Positions 46,037-54,174 of a DNA stretch of 64,000 nt are shown piece after piece. Below the pieces are notes generated by a model. It searched no databases. It had not been told where the DNA came from and worked only from the letters and a program-made list of their open reading frames with translations. The first letter of the stretch is position 1, and every line of letters starts with the position of its first letter. The stretch lies in NCBI GenBank assembly GCA_016935485.1, contig JAFGQW010000084.1:1450-65449 (forward strand), written 5' to 3'. This DNA is from Planctomycetota bacterium. GTDB taxonomy: Bacteria; Planctomycetota; JAFGQW01. Both the position numbers and the translations under genes were made by a program.

Positions 46037-48058
46037 ATGGATCCGCATCGACCGCGCGCGGCCGAGGCCCCGGCTGCCGGACCCGCTCGGGCTCATCTGG
46101 GGTTCGTCTGCCTCACGCTGGCGGTCGTGCTCGCCGCCACGCTGGTCGCATTCGACGAGGCCCCCGGGCTGTGGGGGCTCGGCGGCTGGGGCGATGCGCG
46201 CCTGCCCTTCCTGGTGGCCGCCGCGGCCGCGCTGCTCGTCCTCGTGGTCGTCAGACCGCTCGCCGCGCGGCTCGGCGCGGCGGTGCTGGCCGTTCCGCTG
46301 CCGGTCCGCGGCATCGGCCCCTTCGTGGTCGGGCTCCTCGTCGTGCCCGTCTTCTACGCGCTGCGCACCTCGGTGCTGGTCGGCGACTGGCGTCTCGTGC
46401 TCGAACGTCTCGCGCTCGATCTCTACTATCCCTCCAGCCTCTGGACGGACTACCTGTTCCGGCTGGCCCAGGCGGCCGGCGGCCGGTCCGGGTTCTTCCC
46501 CGACGACGCCATCGCGCTGGTATCCGCGGCGAGCGGCGGCGTGTTCGTCGCCTTCCTGCTCCGCCTCGCCGGCGAGCTGGGGGACACGCCCGGCCGCCGC
46601 CGCTTCCTCTTCTGGTTCCCGCTCGTGAGCGGCGCCACCCTGATCTTTTTCGGCCACCTCGAAGCCTACGGCCCCGTGGCCGCCGGACTGGTCGTGTTCC
46701 TCGATCTGCTGGTGCGCGCCCGCCGCGGCCGCCTGCACCTTGCACTGCCGGGATTCGCGCTGGGCGCCGCGGTCTGCCTCCACGGCGTGGCCCTGCTGTG
46801 GCTCCCCCCGTACCTGGTGGCGGTCGTCCGCTGGAGCGCGACCCACCGCCTGCGCCGCCTGCTCCTCAGCGTGCTCCTGTTCCTGCTGCCCGTGGCGGTC
46901 TCGGCCGCGGTTCTCTTCTTCGTGCACTGGGGCGCCCGCCCGCCCGACGACCCGGCGCTGCGCCACGGGACCTTTCTCGGCGCCGCGGGCCAGGGGCTGA
47001 TCACGCCCCTCACCCGCGCGGCGGCGTCGGAGGCGCACGTCTACGTGCTCGCGGAGGCGCGCCACTGGATCGACCGGTGGAACGTGCTGCTGCGGCTCGC
47101 GCCGATCGCGCTGGTGCTCGCCCTGCCGGCACTGGGGGCGCGCGGCCGGCGGCGCTTTCCGCGCGACCCGATCCGGGCCGACCTCCACGACCACCTCGCC
47201 CTGACGCTGTGCCTCTCGCTGCTGTGGCTGGCGGTGCACAACCTCAGCTACCCCGCCGCCCACGACTGGGACCTCTTCGCCCCGATCGGCTTCCTGCTCG
47301 CGCTGCTCGCCGCGAGCGCGCCGGGCGTCCCCCATCCGGAGCGCACCGCCGGCTGGCTCGCGCTCGCGGCCTTCACGGCGCTGCCCTGGTGGGCGACGGC
47401 GATCGCGCCGCCGGCCTACAAGGCCGCGGCGGCGCACTACGCGCTGGCACGCGTCTACCAGGAGATCGGCGGACCGCAGGCGGAGGCCGCCTTCCTGCAC
47501 CACCTCGACCGGGCCGCCTCCCGCGGCACCCGCCCGCATCGGCTCGCGGTCAAGACGCTCGGCGTGTATTACGCCTCCCGCGGCCAGCCGCAGGCCGAAC
47601 GCTGGCTCCAGCTCGGCGCCGACGCCTACCCCTGCGACGCCGAGATCCGCGCCAATCTCGGGCTTTACCACTACAGCCTGAAGAAGTACGCTCCCGCCCT
47701 GGAGCATCTGCGCGCCGCGGTCGCGCTCGCGCCCGACGCCCCGCTCTTTCACCGCGATCTTGCCCGGCTCCTCTTCGAGATCCAGGACCACGAGGAGGCC
47801 TATGCCCACTTTCGCCGCGCGGTGGAGCTCCGGCCCGACGACCGCGAGCTCGTGGACGACGCGCTGCGGGCGGCCTGGAAGGTGAACCGGCCGCGCGAAG
47901 GCCTGGCCTTCCTTGCCCGGCTGCACGAGCACCACCCCGAGGACCGCGAGATTCTCGAGCGCCTCTTCGAACTCGAGAAGCAGGCGGGCTCGCTCGAGAA
48001 AGCGCGCCACTACCAGCAGAAGCTGATCGAGCTCGCCAGCCGCCGCCGCGACGAGTGA
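46037..48058 (+). CDS. Polytopic membrane protein with C-terminal TPR repeats (O-antigen-polymerase / TMTC-like architecture).
   Basis: 673 aa. About 11 TM helices followed by a ~230-aa TPR-like helical tail (YALARVYQEIGGPQAEAAF...LGLYHYSLKKYAPALEHLRAAVALAPD...). Confidence 0.62.
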   Translation: MDPHRPRAAEAPAAGPARAHLGFVCLTLAVVLAATLVAFDEAPGLWGLGGWGDARLPFLVAAAAALLVLVVVRPLAARLGAAVLAVPLPVRGIGPFVVGLLVVPVFYALRTSVLVGDWRLVLERLALDLYYPSSLWTDYLFRLAQAAGGRSGFFPDDAIALVSAASGGVFVAFLLRLAGELGDTPGRRRFLFWFPLVSGATLIFFGHLEAYGPVAAGLVVFLDLLVRARRGRLHLALPGFALGAAVCLHGVALLWLPPYLVAVVRWSATHRLRRLLLSVLLFLLPVAVSAAVLFFVHWGARPPDDPALRHGTFLGAAGQGLITPLTRAAASEAHVYVLAEARHWIDRWNVLLRLAPIALVLALPALGARGRRRFPRDPIRADLHDHLALTLCLSLLWLAVHNLSYPAAHDWDLFAPIGFLLALLAASAPGVPHPERTAGWLALAAFTALPWWATAIAPPAYKAAAAHYALARVYQEIGGPQAEAAFLHHLDRAASRGTRPHRLAVKTLGVYYASRGQPQAERWLQLGADAYPCDAEIRANLGLYHYSLKKYAPALEHLRAAVALAPDAPLFHRDLARLLFEIQDHEEAYAHFRRAVELRPDDRELVDDALRAAWKVNRPREGLAFLARLHEHHPEDREILERLFELEKQAGSLEKARHYQQKLIELASRRRDE

Positions 48059-48083
48059 CGGCGGCGGCGCCGGCGACCCGCGG

Positions 48084-50858
48084 TCAGGGCACGCCCGCTT
48101 CACCCGCCAGGTAGCGAGCGCAGCGCAGGCCGAGGAACTTCGTGCGCAGGACCGGCGGGTAGCCGACCCGCGTGTTCACGCGCAGAAACTCGGGCGAGTG
48201 GAACCAGGACCCGCCCCGGACCAGGTAGCCGCCGGCCTCGGGATGGGGCTCGAGGCACCACTCCATGACGTTTCCGGCCATGTCGTGGCAGCCGAACGGC
48301 GAGCGCCCTTGCGCCAGGGACATCACCGGAAGGGGTCCGGCCGCGTCGCTCCCGAGGTAGTTGGCGTAGTGCCGCTGGGGCGCGCCGTCGCCCCACGGAT
48401 AGACGGCCTCGGGCACGCCGCGCGCCGCCAGGACCCAGGTGGCGTCGGTCATCAGGCTCTTGCCGGCCCACCGGGCGTAGGCGTAGGCGTCCCACCAGTC
48501 CACCCCGACCACGGGCAGGTCGTCGGCCGCCAGCGCGGGATCTCCCCAGAACGCCGGCGTGCGGTCCTTGCCGGTCGGCTCGGAGGGATGCGAGTAGCGG
48601 CGCGGTTCGGCCGCCTCGCGGCTCCACTCGAGGAAGCGCCGGTACTGCGCGTTGGTGACCTCCGTGACATCCACGAAGAACGGCTCGGTCGTCGAGCGCC
48701 GCGGTCGGCCGCGCCCGTCGCGCACCACGAACTCCACCCCGGGAACGCGCACCATGTAGGACCGGTCCTTCAGCGAGAAGAACTTGTCGCCGCGCGGCTC
48801 GAGCTCGGGCGGCACCCACCCGGGGTGGTGGAGCTGGATCCGGGTGATCTCGCTCCGGTGTCCAGCCCGGTCCTCCACCGCGAAGCTCAGCTCAGGGTGG
48901 AGTCCGCTCACCGGCACCGTGAATGTGAAGCGCCGCTCCTCGAGGGTCACGTCCTGCTTCTCGGGTTCGCACCAGACCGCCGCGATCGGCTCGCTCGCCT
49001 CGCCGCGCACCACGACCTGCGAGGCCTCGAGCACGGCGCCGGACCGCGGCTCGAACGCGGCGATCGTCGGCGGCCGGGTGTCGACGTGCACCGCGAGCTC
49101 GCGCACCAGCAGGTTGTCGCCGTGATCCCGGATCTCGATGCGGAACGTGTGGTCCCCCTCGGCGAGCCCGCGGCAGGCGAACGTGGACACGCCCTCGGCG
49201 TCCGGGGGCGCCACCTCGGCGCCCAGGCGGACCTCCTTGACGGGGTACTGCCCCAGGTGGACCTGGATCTCGCACTCCGCGGCGGTCAGCAGGGGTCCGG
49301 GAGGCGCCAGCGTGATCCGGAGCGCCTGGCCGATGCTCTCGTGAATGCGGTCGCGGATGGCGAGCAGGCGGTCGCGCGATTCCTCGCCGAATCTCAGCCC
49401 CAGGCGATACGTCTCCTGCGCCTCGAGCAGCCGCCCTTGCGCCGCCAGGGCGTCGCCCCAGAGCGCGTAGACGTGGGAGATTCCCTCACTCACCTCGGCG
49501 CGATCGGCGACGAGTTTCCCGGCCTCCTGGTACGCGTCGAGCGCAGCCGCGAATCTTCGCGCGCCGAGCTGCTGCGCCGCGTGCGCAAGCGCCGCGGCGA
49601 AGCGCTCCTCGGGCGTCGGCGCCGCCGGAGGCCCGGGCGGAGACGGTACCTCGGAAGCCGCCGCAGGGGCCGGCGCGGCGGGCGTCGGCGCGACAGCGGC
49701 CGGCGCGACCGGCGCCGCGGCAGGCGTCGCCGCGGCAGGCGGCGCCGGCGGACGCGCCGTCACGGACGCCGGCACCGGCCGCGGCTTATGCCGCGCGGTC
49801 TCGGCCCGGGCCGCAATCGCCCGGTCCGGCGGGGTCTGCCGGCGCTGGTGCTGGTAGAAGAACACTGCCCCCGCCACCGCCACCACCGCCACGGCAGCCG
49901 CCGCCACCAGCCCGAGCGGCCGGGGCCGCCGCGGCGGCCCCGCGCCGACCGCCGCCGCCGGGACCTCCAGGCAGGCGCGCACCTCGGCGGCCGTCTGGAA
50001 ACGCTCGTCGGGGTGCTTGGCCAGGCAGCCGAGGATGACCTGCTCGAGAGGCTCCTCGATGGAGGCGACGAGCTCGGAGGGCGCTTGCGGGACTTGGTGT
50101 ACGTGCGCGTACGCCACGTTGCCCTCGACGAACGGTGGCCGCCCGGTCCGGAGCTCGTAGAGGATGCAGCCCAGCGCGTAGAGATCGCCGCGATGGTCCA
50201 TGCCCTGGTGGAGCAGGTCCTCGGGCGGGGCGTAGGCAACCAGGCGGGCCCGGTTGGTGACCTCGCGATTCAGGGCCGTACGCTGCTCGCGGAGCAGGCG
50301 GGCCAGTCCGAACCCGCGCACCTTGATCGAGCCGTCGTCGAGGATCCAGACGTGCTCCGGACGCAGGTCGCGGTGGATGATCCCCGCCGCGTGCGCGGCA
50401 TCGAGCGCGCGGAGGATCTCGAGGCCGATAGCGTCGGCCTCGGCGGGCGCAAGCTGGCCGCCCTGGGCGAGAAAGGCGGCGAGATCCTGGCCGTCGAAGC
50501 GGTCCTCCACCAGGTAGCCGCACCGCTCGCCGGTCACGTAGTCCAGCACCCGGACGATGGCGTCGTCCCGGAGCTGGGTGAGGATCTCGACCTGCATCAT
50601 GAGCTGCTTCTCGAGTCGCTCGCTGGAGGTCAGCTCGGCCGGCAGGCGCGTGAGCACCACCTCGCGGTTGAGCTCGTGGTCGAAGGCCGGACGGGTCTCT
50701 CCGATGGCGCTCATCCCGACGGGACCGGTGGCCTCGAAACGCCCGAGCAGCAGCGATTCACGCGAGGAGGCCTCGGCGCCCGCTTTCCGCCCCCCGGGAG
50801 AAGACCCGGTCGCTCCACCGGCACCCGCGTTTGCCTCGGACGGTCTTGCTTCGGACAT
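48084..50858 (-). CDS. Membrane-spanning fusion protein. An N-terminal cytoplasmic Ser/Thr-kinase-like domain with degenerate catalytic motifs (a predicted pseudokinase) is followed by a TM helix, a Pro/Ala-rich linker, and a C-terminal FGE-sulfatase (formylglycine-generating-enzyme-like) domain.
   Basis: Start at MSEARPS with an AAGGAG RBS. Kinase subdomains are recognisable, but VAIK becomes VVLTRL, HRDLKPEN becomes HRDLRPEH, and DFG becomes GFG. TM segment LVAAAAVAVVAVAGAVFFY. FGE motifs RGGSWF and LGLRCA. 924 aa. Confidence 0.82.
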   Translation of the reverse strand: MSEARPSEANAGAGGATGSSPGGRKAGAEASSRESLLLGRFEATGPVGMSAIGETRPAFDHELNREVVLTRLPAELTSSERLEKQLMMQVEILTQLRDDAIVRVLDYVTGERCGYLVEDRFDGQDLAAFLAQGGQLAPAEADAIGLEILRALDAAHAAGIIHRDLRPEHVWILDDGSIKVRGFGLARLLREQRTALNREVTNRARLVAYAPPEDLLHQGMDHRGDLYALGCILYELRTGRPPFVEGNVAYAHVHQVPQAPSELVASIEEPLEQVILGCLAKHPDERFQTAAEVRACLEVPAAAVGAGPPRRPRPLGLVAAAAVAVVAVAGAVFFYQHQRRQTPPDRAIAARAETARHKPRPVPASVTARPPAPPAAATPAAAPVAPAAVAPTPAAPAPAAASEVPSPPGPPAAPTPEERFAAALAHAAQQLGARRFAAALDAYQEAGKLVADRAEVSEGISHVYALWGDALAAQGRLLEAQETYRLGLRFGEESRDRLLAIRDRIHESIGQALRITLAPPGPLLTAAECEIQVHLGQYPVKEVRLGAEVAPPDAEGVSTFACRGLAEGDHTFRIEIRDHGDNLLVRELAVHVDTRPPTIAAFEPRSGAVLEASQVVVRGEASEPIAAVWCEPEKQDVTLEERRFTFTVPVSGLHPELSFAVEDRAGHRSEITRIQLHHPGWVPPELEPRGDKFFSLKDRSYMVRVPGVEFVVRDGRGRPRRSTTEPFFVDVTEVTNAQYRRFLEWSREAAEPRRYSHPSEPTGKDRTPAFWGDPALAADDLPVVGVDWWDAYAYARWAGKSLMTDATWVLAARGVPEAVYPWGDGAPQRHYANYLGSDAAGPLPVMSLAQGRSPFGCHDMAGNVMEWCLEPHPEAGGYLVRGGSWFHSPEFLRVNTRVGYPPVLRTKFLGLRCARYLAGEAGVP

Positions 50859-51116
50859 GGAGGGATCTCCTTGCGCATCGCCTGCCAGCATCGGAAGCGC
50901 GGCCACACCGTGGGGCGCGGCCACACCGGAGTTTTTCGGCATGGGCGCCCTCCAGCCTGAGCCCGGCCCGGGTTCCCGCCCCGCGCCGGCCCGGCCGCTT
51001 CCGCCGGCGGGCGCACCTGGTAGAATGCCGCGGCAGTCCGCTTCGAGAGACGGCAGCGATCCGGAGCGCGGCAAGCCCGGGCATGCCGTGACCTTCGGAA
51101 CCGGAGGCGCCAGACG

Positions 51117-51476
51117 ATGCCGCACGTGACGATCGAGGGCGCGCTCGACCTCCGGGCGTTCTCAGGCGAGTTCATCCCCGTCGTCGAGCAGCTCCCCTGG
51201 GGCCTCCTCCGGATCCGCAACGTCTACCTCGACGCCCGCGGTCGCACGCTGCTGTTCGAGGCCCTGGCCATGGAAAGCGGGGCGGGGCGCAGTTTCCTGG
51301 TCCGCGTCGAGACCAAGCGATCCGACCGCCACATGGTGCGCCTCGACCCGATCGTGCCGGTGGACCGGACCCGCGGGGTCCGGTCGGCCGTGGTCTGGGT
51401 GGCGCGGAGGCTCCGCGACCGCAACCCCGGCTGCGCGTTCGGCACCACCAACCTCGCGGAGCTCGCCGGGTCCTGA
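51117..51476 (+). CDS. Hypothetical small protein (119 aa).
   Basis: ORF with coding-like composition, divergent from the kinase-FGE gene. No motifs recognised. Confidence 0.4.
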   Translation: MPHVTIEGALDLRAFSGEFIPVVEQLPWGLLRIRNVYLDARGRTLLFEALAMESGAGRSFLVRVETKRSDRHMVRLDPIVPVDRTRGVRSAVVWVARRLRDRNPGCAFGTTNLAELAGS

Positions 51477-51667
51477 ATCGAGAGCGGCCGGCGGCCGCTC
51501 CGGACGCCGCACCGCGGGGGACCAGGAACCGTTTTCCGGCGCGGCGGCGGCCCGATCACGGCCGCGACTCAACCCCGGGGCGCCGGCTGCCGAAATAGCC
51601 TACAGCAGCGCGCTCCCCGCGGGCCGGCCGCGCGGCGTCGCCCGCTTGCCCCAAGGCGGAGGGATCC

Positions 51668-52936
51668 ATGAGCTCTCGAAGGGTTCGCGCAAGAATAACT
51701 TCCCGGATTTCGCCGCGAGATTCTCGTTCAGGTTCCTGTGGCGGGAAGCCGGTTCGAATCAGAGATTCCACTGGCTTTCCGCCGCGCGGACCTGGGCGAG
51801 AAGAGCCGCGAAAACCGGAAGTCATTCTTGCGCGGGCCCTAAGGCTGTTCGCCTGTCTGCTGGCGCTCGCCCTCGCTCCGGACCCGGCGCTGCCGGCCCA
51901 GACCGGCGCCGACCAGGCCGCCGCTCGCGTGTTCGCCCGGCTGCTCGACGAGTTCGGCCCGGACGCCGAGCTGCGCTTCGTGCGCGCCTACAGCCATCTG
52001 GAACGGACCGAGTTCGCCCGCCTCTCCACCGAATTCCTCCAGAACCGCGAGAGCGCGCTGCGCCGGTTCCTGGCGCAGTTCGACGCCGCGGCGGAGGCCC
52101 ACCGCGCACGGGTGCTGCTCGCCCACACCCTCGGCTACCGCGAAGCCACGGCGGAGGCCGAGTCGCTGCTGAAGATGGTCATCCTCACCACCCCCGACGC
52201 CGAGCTCGGAAACGAGGCGCGTTTCACGCTGACCCAGCTCTACCGCAAGACCGATCCCATCCAGGCCCGCATCCTGCTCCGCGAGATCGCGAGCTCCAGC
52301 CGTCTCGACGACGCCTCAAAGGCGCGGGCGTGCCTCGAGCTGGCCGGTCTCCTCGACCGCAAGGCGGCGGTGCCGGTGCTGCGCGAGGGCGGGGCGCTGG
52401 CGGACAACAGCTTCGCACGCCGCTGCCGCTTGCAGCTCGCGCGGCTCACGCTCCGCGAGGAGGGACGCCTCCAGCCCGGCCAGCCGGCCCGCCCGTTCCG
52501 GGTGAAAGCCGTGGACGGCCGGGTGCTGACCGAGCTCGACTTCGCCGGCAAGGTCTACCTCATCTACTTCTGGAGCCGGCACATGCCGACCGCCGAAGGC
52601 GTCCAGACCTATCTCGGCGCGCTGCGCCAGAACTTCGCCGACGAAGGCTTCGAGATCCTCGGCGTCAACCTCGACGGCGAGCCGCCGCCGCTCGCGGCGG
52701 CGGCGGCCGAGGGGCGGCTGCCGTGGTGCGAGGTGGGCGACCCGTGGGGAGCGCTCACGGAGCTCGTGCTGCGCTATGCGCCCGACCCGCCGCCGTTTTG
52801 CATCCTGATCGACCGCGCCGGGTTGATCCGCTTCGAGGGCGACCCCGAGGCCCCCGAAGCCGCCACGCGCTACGCCGAAACCCCGCTCTGGAAGCGCGTC
52901 CTCCTGTCGGTGCGCACGCTCGAGGGGACCGCCTAG
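51668..52936 (+). CDS. Secreted TlpA/redoxin-like thioredoxin-fold protein with an N-terminal helical domain. The active-site CxxC is absent (FWSRHMPTAE). It is a paralogue of the 20163 gene.
   Basis: The C-terminal ~150 aa are colinear with TlpA (GKVYLIYFW...FEILGVNLD...PPFCILIDRAGLI). The start is uncertain. The only in-frame ATG gives a 56-aa Arg-rich extension before the hydrophobic signal segment (ILARALRLFACLLALALA). Confidence 0.6.
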   Translation: MSSRRVRARITSRISPRDSRSGSCGGKPVRIRDSTGFPPRGPGREEPRKPEVILARALRLFACLLALALAPDPALPAQTGADQAAARVFARLLDEFGPDAELRFVRAYSHLERTEFARLSTEFLQNRESALRRFLAQFDAAAEAHRARVLLAHTLGYREATAEAESLLKMVILTTPDAELGNEARFTLTQLYRKTDPIQARILLREIASSSRLDDASKARACLELAGLLDRKAAVPVLREGGALADNSFARRCRLQLARLTLREEGRLQPGQPARPFRVKAVDGRVLTELDFAGKVYLIYFWSRHMPTAEGVQTYLGALRQNFADEGFEILGVNLDGEPPPLAAAAAEGRLPWCEVGDPWGALTELVLRYAPDPPPFCILIDRAGLIRFEGDPEAPEAATRYAETPLWKRVLLSVRTLEGTA

Positions 52937-52975
52937 CAGCGCCGCCTGCGGGCGCCCGTCGGGCCGCGGTCGCAC

Positions 52976-53452
52976 TCACGCGCCTTCCTCGAACTCCTTC
53001 AAGACGTCGTGGATCTCCGCCTTCTTGCGGGCCTTGCGCATGAACTGACAGTAGAGCTTGTTGCGCACCATCGAGGAGATCTTCTTCAGGATGTCGAGAT
53101 GCACGTCGGCCTGGTCCAGCGGCGCGAAGAAAAGGAAGAACAGGTAGACCGGCTCGCCGTCGACGGCGTTGAAGTCGATGCCCTTCTCGCTGCGCCCGAT
53201 GGCGCCCAGGACGTCGTCGATGAGATCGGTCCGGATGTGCGGGATCGCCACGCCGCCGCCGATTCCCGTCGAGCCCTCCCGCTCGCGCGCCAGCAGCTCC
53301 GCGACCAGGTCATCCACGACCGAGCCGGGGAAGGCCTCGTTCGCCACCAGCAGCTCGACCAGTTCCCGGATCACGCCCTCGGCGTCCGTCGCCTTGAGCT
53401 TCTCGGTGATGACTTTCCGGGAGAATACGTTGTGGAGTTTGTAGTTCTTCAT
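52976..53452 (-). CDS. ptsN: PTS EIIA component of the fructose/nitrogen-regulatory type (PtsN-like).
   Basis: Start at the internal ATG (MKNYKLHNVF). Phosphorylatable His context (GGGVAIPHIRT). 158 aa. Confidence 0.8.
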   Translation of the reverse strand: MKNYKLHNVFSRKVITEKLKATDAEGVIRELVELLVANEAFPGSVVDDLVAELLAREREGSTGIGGGVAIPHIRTDLIDDVLGAIGRSEKGIDFNAVDGEPVYLFFLFFAPLDQADVHLDILKKISSMVRNKLYCQFMRKARKKAEIHDVLKEFEEGA

Positions 53453-53564
53453 CTGCTCCGAGGCCTCTCCACCCAACCGCTCGCCATCCAGGCCGCTCCC
53501 GCCGTGATTCCGGGTCGCACACGCACCGCGCGGTCCGGCCGGCACCGGTGCGGTCCGGCCGGCG

Positions 53565-54011
53565 CTAGTGGTTGTCCAGCAGCTCCCAGAGGTCGTTCAC
53601 CTCCAGGTTGCGAATCGTGACGTGGTTGAACTCCTGCTCCTGGGCCAGCCGCGCGATCCGGGCCAGCATCTCGGTGTGGATCTGGATGCCGATCCTGGGC
53701 GAGATGAACTGGAAGACGAGATGGACCGGCCGGTCGTCCGGCGCCGCCCACGCGATGCCATCCACGCTCCGTCCCAGCACCGCCCGCACGTGCGCGACGC
53801 TCGTCACCCGGGCGTGCGGGATGGCCACGCCGTGGCCGATCGCCGTGGAGGCGAGCCGCTCGCGCTCGAGGATCTCCTCCTCGATCCGACCGGCCTCCGC
53901 GGCATCCATGCCGCCCTGCACCGCAAGTCCGTGCATCAGCTCGCGGATGGCCTCGAACCGATCCGACGCCTTGAGGTCGTGAATCTTCAGCTCGATCTTG
54001 TGGTCCGCCAT
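53565..54011 (-). CDS. Second PTS EIIA(Fru/Ntr-type) paralogue.
   Basis: 148 aa. His context (GHGVAIPHARV). Same fold pattern as the previous gene. Confidence 0.8.
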   Translation of the reverse strand: MADHKIELKIHDLKASDRFEAIRELMHGLAVQGGMDAAEAGRIEEEILERERLASTAIGHGVAIPHARVTSVAHVRAVLGRSVDGIAWAAPDDRPVHLVFQFISPRIGIQIHTEMLARIARLAQEQEFNHVTIRNLEVNDLWELLDNH

Positions 54012-54084
54012 GCCTGGCTCCTGGTTCGCTGGATTCCGGCTCGCCTATCGTGCCGCGTTGCCCCCCCTGCGGGCAGCGATTATG

Positions 54085-54140
54085 ACCGCAAATTAAGCCG
54101 GATCCAGAGACCTTGTTCAACTCCTTTTTCACCCGACCTC
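54085..54140 (-). promoter_or_regulatory. AT-rich island in a >70% GC background, immediately upstream of the EIIA genes. It is a candidate internal promoter or operator.
   Basis: The segment gattatgaccgcaaattaagccggatccagagaccttgttcaactcctttttcacc is visibly AT-rich. It contains TTGAAC and CATAAT hexamers on the minus strand, but their spacing is not canonical. Confidence 0.3.
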
Positions 54141-54174
54141 CAGCCGGCCTCACCGCGTGCCGGCCGCACGCCAC

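Noticed and set aside
49620-49790. GC-rich repetitive DNA (gccggcgc/ggcggcgc-type reiterations).
   Set aside because: It encodes the Pro/Ala-rich linker (PAPPAAATPAAAPVAPAAVAPTPAAPAPAAA) between the TM helix and the FGE domain of the kinase-FGE protein. It is coding low complexity, not a regulatory or mobile repeat.
51745-51775. tRNA T-loop-like string GGTTCGAATC.
   Set aside because: The flanking bases cannot form a T-stem or acceptor stem. No D-arm or anticodon arm could be built. It lies inside a coding frame.
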